The position numbers were made by a program, and so were the translations under genes. A DNA stretch of 37,590 nt, taken from an uncultured Oscillospiraceae bacterium. GTDB lineage: Bacteria > Bacillota > Clostridia > UMGS1810. The notes beneath the pieces are model-generated. The model was given only the letters and a program-made list of their open reading frames with translations. It was not told the DNA's origin and ran no database searches. Where the stretch lies: the NCBI GenBank assembly GCA_964606825.1, contig CAZSIY010000001.1, forward strand, positions 1-37,590, read 5' to 3'. Below are positions 23,447-32,505 of this stretch, piece after piece. Position 1 is the stretch's first letter. The number at the start of each line of letters is the position of its first letter.

Positions 23447-26263
23447 ATGAAAAGAAAAATTTGCTCACTTGCGCTCGTTTTTGCGTTTTTTACATCTTTT
23501 GTGCCGTCGTTTAGTGCTCTTGCGGCAGTAAATTCGGCTTCGGCTGTATTTTCGTCAAAAAGCGCGGCAACAGAAAATATGAGCGTTTCCATGGGCAACG
23601 GAAGTACGGGCACCATTACCGAAGCAGGCGGGAAAAACGGATGGCTTTTGGACGCTTCGGATAAATCATCATATATTAAGTGTGATATTGACGACAGTGT
23701 TTTAAATCAGCTTGAAAGCACTGCGAAAATAAAAATGACCGTTGAATATTACGACGGTGGCAGAGGCGGTTTTGCAGTGTATTACGATAGCCGCGAAGAA
23801 GACGAAAACAGTGTTTTTACACAGCTTTATAACTCGGGTGAGTGGAAAACCACCACGTTTTATTTAAACGATGCGTATTTCAACAACGGCATAAAGCTAA
23901 ATGACTTTGTAATTATTGCAAACGACACCTTGTTTAAGACTTCCACAAATCAAATAATGGGCGTATCTTCCGAAGACGTGATAATAGGTGGGGTAAGCGT
24001 GGAGCTTGCAGATGAGCTTGCGCCCTACGATGTTACCATTGCCACGGACAATTTCGGAAATATATTCTTTGAGGGGGATACCATAGAATTCGGCGTAACG
24101 CTTGCCGATGCATCGGGAAAATATCCTTCGGGGATAATTCAGTACAACGTTAAAGATGTAAATGGAAAAAGCGTTCTAAAAAAAAGCGTGCCTTTTTCAA
24201 AGAATTTCAGCTCTTTTGAGATAGAGTCGCTTCCTTTCGGAACATACACCCTTGAAGTTGCGATTACAAATTCCGACTCAAATATTAACCAAAAAGAGAT
24301 TGCCGATTTTTCCTATTCGAAAAAGGCGGCAAATCCCAATCCGATTTTCGGTACGAATATTCACTTTGACTGGTCGGGTTACGACAGAACCGCTATAAGA
24401 GGTTTTGCCGACCTTGCAAAAAATGCGGGATATTCCATAACGCGAAGCTCTATAAGATGGAACCTCATAGAAACAAGCGAGGACAATTTCAAACTTCCCG
24501 ACAATATCGAATATTCAAATAAATATATAGATCAAATAGGTCTTGAGATGCTCGGAATTTTAACGGCTGATTGCACATATAAAATAGACGGCGAAACCAT
24601 AGGTTGCGGCGGCCCCGTAAAACCTCATACCGAAAATCAAATAAAAGCATATGCGGATTATTGCGCATGGACTGTGGATGCGCTTAAAGATTATACCGAC
24701 TATTGGTCATACATAAATGAATTTAACTTAACTCCCGGCGGCGGACACGACGATAGCACAAAAGAGCCTTATATGGCAATTTTGCCCCAAGCTTATGAGG
24801 CAATAAAGGGAGCAAATCCTCATTCCGTTATTGTTTCCGGAGAAGTGGGATCGTACTGGTTGGCAAACCGCGATTGGATTGATTATTGCTTAAATCACGG
24901 CGTTTTGGCTTACAGCGATGTTTTCTCTCTCCATGCATACGACCAGGTGGGCGGCCCCGAAACATGGTATATTTATCCGGCAATAGAGCATTTTAACGAC
25001 AAAATTCATGCCAAAAATTCTTCAAAGCGTGCGTGGATGACGGAAACAGGTTGGCCTTCTAAAGATACCGGTGTAAGCTATGCCACACATTCCATGGTGC
25101 CTTATGAAACTCAGGCGGCGTTTTATGCTCGCTCAATGGGCTTGAATTCCGACCCGGAGAGAATAGACAAAGTGATTTATTATTCGTTTATAGACAATAA
25201 CCGCGGCTATTTTTACATTGAAGATAACTACGGAATTGTACATTCTCACGATTGGCGCACACCCTTTGCGGCAAAGCCGGCTTATGTTGCGGTAGCGGCG
25301 TCGAATGCTATTTTGGACGGCTACACCTTTAAAGAGGAACTTAGCGGCGCAAATCACGACACTCTCCTTGATAATGGTTGGGATACCGATGAATACGGTG
25401 CTGTGCCGATAGATTACACCGATGCATATTTTATGCGCCGATTCGAAAATGCCTACGGTGACGAAATTCTCATGGCTTGGCAAAGCGAAGACACAAGCGC
25501 CGGCTCATTTACCTACGACAGCGACAAAGCATATTTTGAAGTGTATGACATGTACGGCAACAAAACCATTGTAGAAAACACAAACGGAAGATATGAGGGC
25601 AATTACTCTTCTCGCCCCGTGTATATTCATCCTACGGACAATCCCGATTATACGGGAATTAACGCTGAAAACTTAAGCAGTGCTTGGAAAGTGGGTTCTG
25701 TTGGAAAAGTGAGCGTAAAAGTAAATCTTCCCAAAGATACTGAAAAAGGCTCCTCTTTAAAGGTGGTTGCGGCAGCATATGATGAAAACGGCGCTCTTAT
25801 GAACACCCAAATAAAAGACGCTACATATGCCGGAGGCGAAATTGAAATAAATTTTGCCGGTGCAAAAATGAAAAACTGTAAAAATATAAAGATTTTTGCT
25901 TTAAACAGCTTCGGAAGTCTTATTCCGCTTTTGGAAAACGAGGTAATACCAGAGTTTGGCGATGAGGCGAGCGTGCATTATTCTTCAAGCGGAAAAACCG
26001 TTACAATAAGCGGAAAACTTCCCGTTGAAAAAATACGTACAAACGTCATCATGACAGCATATTCGGGAGATACCAACCGTGCGGATATAAATACCGCCGA
26101 GGGATTTTTAAGCTCTGTTGTGGCTCAGGATATGACAATAACCGACCTTGACGGCAAATATTCCTTTGCTTTTAAACTCCCCGATAGTTTTGAGGGCGAC
26201 AGTATAAAAGTACATATCGGCGCAAAGAACAATTCACTCCAAAAAATTGTATATTTGAAATAG
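23447..26263 (+). CDS. Secreted multi-domain glycoside hydrolase-like protein (938 aa), paralog of 9866..13324: N-terminal beta-domain, Ig-like, clan GH-A barrel, beta-sandwiches including the shared module
   Basis: ATG at 23447 after an AAAGGAG RBS. Signal peptide ...SFSALAAV. GTNIHFD, TRSSIRWNLIE, YINEFN (Glu codon 24719-24721) and WMTETGW (Glu codon 25043-25045) all align with the 1152-aa paralog. Confidence 0.75.
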   Translation: MKRKICSLALVFAFFTSFVPSFSALAAVNSASAVFSSKSAATENMSVSMGNGSTGTITEAGGKNGWLLDASDKSSYIKCDIDDSVLNQLESTAKIKMTVEYYDGGRGGFAVYYDSREEDENSVFTQLYNSGEWKTTTFYLNDAYFNNGIKLNDFVIIANDTLFKTSTNQIMGVSSEDVIIGGVSVELADELAPYDVTIATDNFGNIFFEGDTIEFGVTLADASGKYPSGIIQYNVKDVNGKSVLKKSVPFSKNFSSFEIESLPFGTYTLEVAITNSDSNINQKEIADFSYSKKAANPNPIFGTNIHFDWSGYDRTAIRGFADLAKNAGYSITRSSIRWNLIETSEDNFKLPDNIEYSNKYIDQIGLEMLGILTADCTYKIDGETIGCGGPVKPHTENQIKAYADYCAWTVDALKDYTDYWSYINEFNLTPGGGHDDSTKEPYMAILPQAYEAIKGANPHSVIVSGEVGSYWLANRDWIDYCLNHGVLAYSDVFSLHAYDQVGGPETWYIYPAIEHFNDKIHAKNSSKRAWMTETGWPSKDTGVSYATHSMVPYETQAAFYARSMGLNSDPERIDKVIYYSFIDNNRGYFYIEDNYGIVHSHDWRTPFAAKPAYVAVAASNAILDGYTFKEELSGANHDTLLDNGWDTDEYGAVPIDYTDAYFMRRFENAYGDEILMAWQSEDTSAGSFTYDSDKAYFEVYDMYGNKTIVENTNGRYEGNYSSRPVYIHPTDNPDYTGINAENLSSAWKVGSVGKVSVKVNLPKDTEKGSSLKVVAAAYDENGALMNTQIKDATYAGGEIEINFAGAKMKNCKNIKIFALNSFGSLIPLLENEVIPEFGDEASVHYSSSGKTVTISGKLPVEKIRTNVIMTAYSGDTNRADINTAEGFLSSVVAQDMTITDLDGKYSFAFKLPDSFEGDSIKVHIGAKNNSLQKIVYLK

Positions 26264-26268
26264 TGTTT

Positions 26269-26306
26269 TCCCCGAGAAAAGCGTTGCTTTTTTCGGGGAA
26301 TTTTTT
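26269..26306 (+). terminator. Rho-independent terminator ending the surface-protein gene string
   Basis: 14-bp stem with one mismatch, TCCCCGAGAAAAGC (26269-26282) / GCTTTTTTCGGGGA (26286-26299), followed by ATTTTTT. Confidence 0.75.
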
Positions 26307-26377
26307 CGATGAAAAATATTGACACAACCCTTAAAAAGTATTATACTTATGTTACTAAAAAGAACAGGAGAAATAAA

Positions 26378-27538
26378 GTGCAAACAAATACCATAACTTT
26401 GCTTTTTGCCCTTTTGCGTTCCGCAGTTTGTGAAAAAGAGCTTGCGGATAAAGAAAGGGCGTTATATTCTTCGGATTTGCTTTTAAAAATTTATGAGGAA
26501 GCTCAGCGCCACGATGTTGCACACTTACTTGCTTTGGGTTTGAAAAAAAGCGGCATGACGGAAGAAGGCACGGCGCTTGAAAGCGAGATTTTAAAGGCGC
26601 TTTACCGCACTGAGCTCCGCCGCCACGAACTTGAAATTCTCACTGCGGCGCTGGAGAAAGCCGAGATAGCTTTTTTTCCGCTTAAAGGCTCTGTTATTTG
26701 CGAATATTATCTCGAGCCATGGATGCGCACAAGTTGCGATATCGACGTTCTCGTGCACGAGGAAGATACTTTAAAGGCAAAAGATGTGCTTACAAGCGAA
26801 TATGGCTATGAGTATCACGGAAAAAACTCGCATGATTTTTCATTTTTCACGCCGAACAAAATGCACATAGAGCTCCACTACGACCTTGTTGAAAGTAAGC
26901 TCGCAAATGAGGCGGCGGAAGTTTTGAAAAGTGTGTGGCAACATTCGGAAGAACGCCCAGGGTATAAATTTTGTAAAAACATGTCCGATGAGATGTTTTA
27001 CTTTTATCACGTTGCCCACATGGCAAAGCATTTTGCAAACGGCGGTTGCGGCATAAGGCCTTTTATAGACCTTTATATATTAAATAACAATGTGACCTTT
27101 GATGCCGAAAAACGCCAAGCTCTTATAGAAAAGGGCGGGCTTGCGATTTTTGAAAAAAATGCCGTGCTTCTTGCCGAAATTTGGCTCGGAGGCAAAGTGC
27201 ACACATCTGTTACCCAAAAAATGGAAGAATATATTTTAAACGGGGGCGTGTACGGTTCTACGGAAAATCTCATAACTGTGCAACAAAATAAAAAAGGCGG
27301 AAGATTGCAGTACGCCTTGTCTAAATTCTTTATTCCCTATGACACCATAAAATATCACTATCCCATTTTGGAAAAACATCCGTTCTTAACGCCCGTTATG
27401 GAAGTTAGGCGCTGGTTCAAACTCGTTTTTTGCGGACATTTGAAAAGGACGGTACGCGAGCTTAAATATAACAGCAATGTTTCTTCCGATACGGTGAACG
27501 AAGTAAAAAATCTCTTTGAGGATATTGGATTGAAGTGA
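26378..27538 (+). CDS. Uncharacterised nucleotidyltransferase family protein (PF14907 / NTP_transf_5-like)
   Basis: FFPLKGSVICEYYLEPWMRTSCDIDVLVHEED and the following helical region are typical of this family. I prefer the GTG at 26378, preceded by an AGGAGA RBS. The ORF-track ATG at 26309 overlaps the terminator T-run. Confidence 0.7.
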   Translation: MQTNTITLLFALLRSAVCEKELADKERALYSSDLLLKIYEEAQRHDVAHLLALGLKKSGMTEEGTALESEILKALYRTELRRHELEILTAALEKAEIAFFPLKGSVICEYYLEPWMRTSCDIDVLVHEEDTLKAKDVLTSEYGYEYHGKNSHDFSFFTPNKMHIELHYDLVESKLANEAAEVLKSVWQHSEERPGYKFCKNMSDEMFYFYHVAHMAKHFANGGCGIRPFIDLYILNNNVTFDAEKRQALIEKGGLAIFEKNAVLLAEIWLGGKVHTSVTQKMEEYILNGGVYGSTENLITVQQNKKGGRLQYALSKFFIPYDTIKYHYPILEKHPFLTPVMEVRRWFKLVFCGHLKRTVRELKYNSNVSSDTVNEVKNLFEDIGLK

Positions 27539-27583
27539 GGGGTAAGGTAAGATAATATCGAGCGAGAAGAGAGAGTTTTATGT

Positions 27584-27882
27584 GTGATACGTTATACAAC
27601 AGATGAAATAAAAACAGTTCTTGTGCCTGCTTTTTATGCGCTATAACGTAAAGAAAGTTGTTCTTTTCGGGTCATATGTAAAAGATCTTGCAAATTCCGA
27701 AAGTGACGTTGACTTGCTTCTTGACGGCGGATCAAAGGGATTGAATTTTGTAGGATTGATAGAAGATGTTCGCTAAGTGCTTGATAAAGAGGTTGATGTT
27801 TTTTGACGATACTCATATAATCGCAGGTTCGAAAATTCAGTCGGAAATTTTAAAGTACGGAGTTGTGATTTATGAAAAATAA
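27584..27882 (+). pseudogene. Decayed MNT-type (Pol-beta superfamily, MntA-like) nucleotidyltransferase antitoxin gene
   Basis: Three frames join into IRYTTDEIKTVLVPAFYA / YNVKKVVLFGSYVKDLANSESDVDLLLDGGSKGLNFVGLIEDVR*VLDKEVDVF / DDTHIIAGSKIQSEILKYGVVIYEK. The reading frame is broken by a +1 shift near 27636-27645, an in-frame TAA at 27774-27776 and a +1 shift in the T6 run at 27799-27804. The GS...D.D motif is the minimal NTase signature. Confidence 0.6.
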
Positions 27883-27945
27883 GGTAATCGTTGAAAAAAC
27901 ATATCGAAAAAATCAACTTTTTAAACACTTTTTTATAAAAAACAC

Positions 27946-27974
27946 TTGCATTTAATGCCAAAGTGTGGTAAAAT
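27946..27974 (+). promoter_or_regulatory. Sigma-A promoter of the rimP-nusA-infB operon, with an extended -10
   Basis: TTGCAT (27946-27951), 17-nt spacer ending in TGG, TAAAAT (27969-27974). Confidence 0.65.
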
Positions 27975-27980
27975 ATAGAA

Positions 27981-27998
27981 TGTCAACAAATGTTGACA
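27981..27998. promoter_or_regulatory. 18-bp palindrome TGTCAACA-AA-TGTTGACA at the predicted 5' end of the rimP leader
   Basis: Perfect 8-bp arms separated by 2 nt, starting 7 nt after the -10 box. Either an operator or a 5' stem-loop. Confidence 0.35.
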
Positions 27999-28021
27999 CA
28001 TTTTCACAGCATCGTAACAGC

Positions 28022-28056
28022 AGAGTGGGTTTAAGACCCACTCTTTCGTATTATTT
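28022..28056 (+). terminator. Leader hairpin with an interrupted T-rich tail, a candidate attenuator upstream of rimP
   Basis: 9-bp perfect stem AGAGTGGGT (28022-28030) / ACCCACTCT (28036-28044) with loop TTAAG, then TTCGTATTATTT. About 45 nt before the rimP start. Confidence 0.45.
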
Positions 28057-28089
28057 AAGAACAAATTACATCAAGAAGGCGGTGTTATA

Positions 28090-28560
28090 ATGGCAGGAAA
28101 CAAAAAAGCGGCGGAAATTGTATATTCTCTGGCGCTTCCCATTGCCAACGAGCATGGGTGTGATATTTACGAGGTTGAGTACAAAAAAGAGGGTGCCGAC
28201 TACGTTTTGCGTGTTATCCTCGATACAGACAAAGAGGGCGGCATATCAATGAATATGTGCGAAAATGTAAGCCGGGCGCTCAGCGACGTGCTTGACGAAA
28301 AAGACCCCATCGCGGGTGCTTACATGCTTGAAGTCACATCTCCCGGGCTTGATCGCCCGCTGAAAAAGCCTGAAGATTTTACGCGTTTTTCGGGAAAGAT
28401 GATAGACATTGGCTTGTATAAGCCTTTAAACGGCACAAAAACGATTTGCGGAACGCTTTTGTCGTATGACGGCGAAAACGTTACAATAGATTGCGACGGC
28501 GAGAACATCACCGTTAAAATCGCAGATACGGCCTACATCAGGCTTGCGGTAATATTTTAA
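28090..28560 (+). CDS. rimP: Ribosome maturation factor RimP
   Basis: YVLRVILD...LEVTSPGLDRPLKKPEDFTRFSG signature, positioned immediately upstream of nusA. Confidence 0.9.
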   Translation: MAGNKKAAEIVYSLALPIANEHGCDIYEVEYKKEGADYVLRVILDTDKEGGISMNMCENVSRALSDVLDEKDPIAGAYMLEVTSPGLDRPLKKPEDFTRFSGKMIDIGLYKPLNGTKTICGTLLSYDGENVTIDCDGENITVKIADTAYIRLAVIF

Positions 28561-28590
28561 ACAACAATTCGAAAGGAATGAGTATAAAAA

Positions 28591-29622
28591 ATGAACAGTG
28601 AATTTCTTAATGCATTAGACGAGATTGAAAAAGAAAAAAACATCAGCAAAGACATACTTTTAGACGCAATTGACGCGGCTTTGGTTTCCGCTTACAAGAG
28701 AAACTATAACACAAGCCACGGAAACGTTGCCGTAAACATCGACCGTGACAATGGTGAGGTAAAAGTGTTTATTCAAAAAGAGGTTGTGGAAGAGGTTGAA
28801 GAAGATCTTACGCAAATTTCCTTTGAAGATGCAAAAAACATCAGTGGAAAATATGAGCTCGGTGACATTGTAAACATCGAAGACACTCCGGCGGCTTTCG
28901 GAAGAATTGCCGCGCAAACCGCAAAACAGGTTGTTATGCAAAGAATTAAAGAGGCGGAAAGAAACCTCATATTTGACGAATTTTCCGAAAAAGAGCACCA
29001 AGTTGTAACAGGCGTTGTGCAAAGAATTGAAAAGAGAAACATATATCTTGACATCGGAAAAACCGAGGCTTATTTGGCACCCACCGAGCAAATACCCACC
29101 GAGAGCTATACTTTCCACAAGAGAATGAAAGTGTATGTTTCGGAAGTAAAAAGAACCACCAAAGGCCCGGTTGTAAACGTTTCGCGCGCAAAACCCGCAT
29201 TTGTGGCAAAATTGTTTGAAGACGAAATTCCCGAAATTCAAGACAAAATCGTAGAGATTAAGAGTATTTCGAGAGAAGCGGGTTCAAGAACCAAAATGGC
29301 GGTTTTCTCAAACGATGAAAACATAGACCCCATCGGCGCTTGCATAGGTGCAAGAGGAATGAGAGTTCAAAGTATCGTTGATGAATTAAATGGCGAAAAA
29401 ATAGACATAGTAAAATACAGCGAAGACCCGCGCGAATTTATCACCGCAAGTTTAAATCCCGCAGAGGTTTTGAGTCTTGAGGTAGACACCGAATCAAAAG
29501 AAGCATTTGTTATAGTGCCCAACAGCCAGCTTTCCCTTGCGATAGGTAAAGAGGGTCAAAATGCGCGTCTTGCGGCAAGGCTTACCGGCTACAAGATAGA
29601 TATAAAAAGCGACGCTATGTAA
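28591..29622 (+). CDS. nusA: Transcription termination/antitermination factor NusA (343 aa, no AR1/AR2 extension)
   Basis: N-terminal LNALDEIEKEKNISKDILLDAIDAALVSAYKR, an S1 region, and KH motifs (IGACIGARGMRVQSIVDEL, LAIGKEGQNARLAARLTGYKIDI). Confidence 0.95.
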   Translation: MNSEFLNALDEIEKEKNISKDILLDAIDAALVSAYKRNYNTSHGNVAVNIDRDNGEVKVFIQKEVVEEVEEDLTQISFEDAKNISGKYELGDIVNIEDTPAAFGRIAAQTAKQVVMQRIKEAERNLIFDEFSEKEHQVVTGVVQRIEKRNIYLDIGKTEAYLAPTEQIPTESYTFHKRMKVYVSEVKRTTKGPVVNVSRAKPAFVAKLFEDEIPEIQDKIVEIKSISREAGSRTKMAVFSNDENIDPIGACIGARGMRVQSIVDELNGEKIDIVKYSEDPREFITASLNPAEVLSLEVDTESKEAFVIVPNSQLSLAIGKEGQNARLAARLTGYKIDIKSDAM

Positions 29623-29637
29623 TCACGGGGTGAAACG

Positions 29638-29904
29638 ATGGCAAAAAACATTGTTCCCACGAGAATGTGCGCAGGCTGTATGAGAAGAGGCCCGAAATCC
29701 GAGCTTTTAAGAGTGTTTAAAACAAAGGACGGCACGGTGGAAGCCGACGGCAAAAGAGCTTTTGTCGGCCGCGGAGCCTACGTTTGCAAAAACAAAGAAT
29801 GCGTTTTAAAAGCACAAAAGAAAAACGGATTGTCGAGAATTCTTAAAACCAAAGTGACGGACGAGATATATGAGCATCTTGCCGCCCTTGTTGATGAGGA
29901 GTGA
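29638..29904 (+). CDS. ylxR: YlxR/RnpM family (DUF448) RNA-binding protein
   Basis: PTRMCAGCMRRGPKSELLRV...GRGAYVC motif. Conserved position after nusA. Confidence 0.85.
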   Translation: MAKNIVPTRMCAGCMRRGPKSELLRVFKTKDGTVEADGKRAFVGRGAYVCKNKECVLKAQKKNGLSRILKTKVTDEIYEHLAALVDEE

Positions 29905-30227
29905 TTTTTACGGATAAAGTTTTTGGACTTTTGGGGCTTGCCAAAAAAGCCGGCAAGGTTGTGAGCGGAGAAAGTGCGGTAAAGGAAAGTGTTCGCTTTT
30001 CAAAGGCGCACCTTGTGATAATAGCGTGCGATGCAAGCGAAAATACCGAAAAAGGTATTACGGACAGTTGCAGCTATTACGGAGTAAAACACTTTAAATA
30101 TTCGACCAAAGAAGAGCTCGGCCACGCAATAGGAAATAATTTCAACGCGGCGGTGGCAGTTACGGACAAAGGGTTTTCAAACAGCATAGAAAGATGCCTT
30201 GCGGCAAATATTAATGGAGGTGAATGA
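29901..30227 (+). CDS. ylxQ: L7Ae-family K-turn-binding protein (YlxQ-like)
   Basis: [40 protein letters not shown] pattern. Conserved position between ylxR and infB. Overlaps the ylxR stop. Confidence 0.8.
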   Translation: MIFTDKVFGLLGLAKKAGKVVSGESAVKESVRFSKAHLVIIACDASENTEKGITDSCSYYGVKHFKYSTKEELGHAIGNNFNAAVAVTDKGFSNSIERCLAANINGGE

Positions 30228-30229
30228 TT

Positions 30230-32494
30230 ATGACCGGACCGAGAGTACATGAATTGGGTAAGGACATAAACGTTTCAAGCAAGATTTTAATAGAACTTCT
30301 TGAAAAATATGACATAAAAGTAAAAAATCACATGACTACTTTGGAACTAGACCAAACAGATGTGATTTTAACGTCATACTTAAATCAATATGACGACGGC
30401 TCCACAATTGAGGAGTATTACGAAAAACTTCATGCAGAAGCCGAAAAAGCGAAGCCTAAGGCTAAAAAAGAAGCGGCTCACGTTGAAAAAGAGGCGCAGG
30501 AAGTGCCCGTAGAGGAAGTTGAAATCGTAAAAGAAGACAACAAAACCGTTGTAGATACAAGGCAAAACACCGTTGACCTTGAAAAGCTCGATACCGACAA
30601 AATAGAAAAACTCGTTGATATCGATATGGGAGTAAAAGAAGAGAAAAAGCAAAAAATTAAGAAAAACAATCAGCCGTCCAAAAAGGTTGACAAAAAGGCA
30701 GAAACCGCTCCTAAAGCCAAAAAGCAGGAAGCAGAGCCTGAAGAACCGAAAGAGGTGGAAATTCCCGAAGAAATTTCCGTTGGCGATTTTGCCGCAAAAC
30801 TCGGCGTATCTCCTACGGCTGTAGTTAAAAAGCTTTTTGAAATAGGCGTAATGGCATCTGTGAGCCAGGCGATAGATTTCGACACCGCGGCTCTCATAGG
30901 CGATGACATGGGATTTGTGATAAAGCAGGAAATCATTGTAACAGACGAAGACCGCCTGTTTAACGACGTTGAAGACAAAGAGGAAGACTTAAAGCCGCGT
31001 CCGCCCGTTGTTGTTGTAATGGGTCACGTTGACCATGGTAAAACCTCACTTCTTGACACCATAAGAAAAACAAACGTAATCGCAAGAGAAGCCGGCGGAA
31101 TTACTCAGCATATCGGTGCATATAGAGTGCGTATTCACGACAAAAAGATAACATTTTTGGATACACCGGGTCACGAAGCGTTTACTTCAATGCGTATGCG
31201 CGGTGCCCAGGTTACCGATATTGCAATTCTCGTTGTTGCCGCAGATGACGGAATCATGCCTCAAACGGTAGAGGCCATAAACCACGCAAAAGCCGCAGGC
31301 GTAACAATAATCGTGGCGATAAACAAAATAGATAAAGAGGGCGCAAACCCCGACAAAATCAAACAGGAATTAACCGAGTACGACCTTATTCCCGAAGAGT
31401 GGGGCGGAGATACAATTTGCGTTCCGATTTCCGCAAAATACAACCAGAATATAGACGAACTCCTTGAAATGGTTATCCTCGTTGCCGAAATGAAAGAGCT
31501 CAAAGCAAACCCCGACAGACGTGCAAAAGGTACCGTTATCGAGGCACAGCTTGACAAGGGCAGAGGCCCTGTGGCAACGGTTCTTGTTCAAAACGGTACT
31601 TTAAAAGCCGGCGACATTGTGGTAGCGGGTACCGCAGAGGGTAGAGTAAGAGCTATGGTAGACGACAGGGGCAACAAAGTTAAAAAAGCAGGTCCTTCCG
31701 TTCCCGTTGAGATAATAGGTCTTAGCGAAGTTCCCGAAGGCGGCGACACTTTTTACGCCGTTGACGACGAAAAGAAAGCAAGAGCCGTGGTTGAAAAGAG
31801 AAAAGAAAAAATCAAAGAAGACCACATCAAAGCGCGCTCAGTGGTATCACTTGATGCGTTGTTCGACCAGATTAAAGAGGGCGAAGTAAAAGACCTCAAC
31901 ATCATAGTAAAAGCAGACGTTCAAGGTTCCGTGGAAGCTGTTAAGCAGTCGCTTACAAAGCTTTCAAACGAGGAAGTTCGCATAAATTGTATTCACGGCG
32001 GAGTAGGCGGAGTTACCGAAAGTGACGTTATGCTTGCTGCGGCGTCAAATGCGATTATCGTAGGATTTAATGTTCGCCCCGACAACGGCGCTGTATCTTC
32101 AGCTAAGCAAAACGACGTAGATATAAGGCTCTACCGCGTTATCTATCACGCAATAGAGGAAATAGAGGCCGCTATGAAGGGTATGCTTGCGCCCAAGTTT
32201 AAGGAAAATGTTTTGGGTCATGCCGAAATAAGAAACACATTTAAGGTAAGCGGCGTTGGCACAATCGGCGGTGGATATGTGCTCGACGGTAAGATTTCGA
32301 GAAATTCCCAGGTTAGAATTGTGCGCGACAGCATAGTTATCCATGAGGGTATACTCTCCAGCCTCAAGCGCTTTAAAGACGACGTAAAAGACGTTGCCTC
32401 CGGTTACGAGTGCGGTATCGGCATAGAAAACTTTAACGATATAAAAGACGGAGATATTGTGGAGTCCTTCATAATGGAAGAAATTAAAAACTGA
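30230..32494 (+). CDS. infB: Translation initiation factor IF-2
   Basis: G-domain motifs ([28 protein letters not shown]) and a charged Lys/Glu-rich N-terminal region. The ATG at 30230 is 9 nt from the GGAGG RBS. The ORF-track ATG at 30224 is only 3 nt from it. Confidence 0.95.
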   Translation: MTGPRVHELGKDINVSSKILIELLEKYDIKVKNHMTTLELDQTDVILTSYLNQYDDGSTIEEYYEKLHAEAEKAKPKAKKEAAHVEKEAQEVPVEEVEIVKEDNKTVVDTRQNTVDLEKLDTDKIEKLVDIDMGVKEEKKQKIKKNNQPSKKVDKKAETAPKAKKQEAEPEEPKEVEIPEEISVGDFAAKLGVSPTAVVKKLFEIGVMASVSQAIDFDTAALIGDDMGFVIKQEIIVTDEDRLFNDVEDKEEDLKPRPPVVVVMGHVDHGKTSLLDTIRKTNVIAREAGGITQHIGAYRVRIHDKKITFLDTPGHEAFTSMRMRGAQVTDIAILVVAADDGIMPQTVEAINHAKAAGVTIIVAINKIDKEGANPDKIKQELTEYDLIPEEWGGDTICVPISAKYNQNIDELLEMVILVAEMKELKANPDRRAKGTVIEAQLDKGRGPVATVLVQNGTLKAGDIVVAGTAEGRVRAMVDDRGNKVKKAGPSVPVEIIGLSEVPEGGDTFYAVDDEKKARAVVEKRKEKIKEDHIKARSVVSLDALFDQIKEGEVKDLNIIVKADVQGSVEAVKQSLTKLSNEEVRINCIHGGVGGVTESDVMLAAASNAIIVGFNVRPDNGAVSSAKQNDVDIRLYRVIYHAIEEIEAAMKGMLAPKFKENVLGHAEIRNTFKVSGVGTIGGGYVLDGKISRNSQVRIVRDSIVIHEGILSSLKRFKDDVKDVASGYECGIGIENFNDIKDGDIVESFIMEEIKN

Positions 32495-32505
32495 GAAGGT
32501 GTGCT

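Noticed and set aside
9866-26263. Possibility that the locus is a classical cellulosome (cohesin-dockerin system).
   Set aside because: I found no dockerin-type duplicated Ca-binding loops (DxNxDGxxxxxD) at any terminus and no segment resembling cohesin modules in the SLH proteins. Any assembly would have to use different modules.
26309-26377. The upstream ATG at 26309 as the start of the nucleotidyltransferase gene.
   Set aside because: It sits just past the terminator T-run (26301-26306) of the preceding gene and has no RBS. The GTG at 26378 follows an AGGAGA with good spacing. The start remains uncertain without experimental data.
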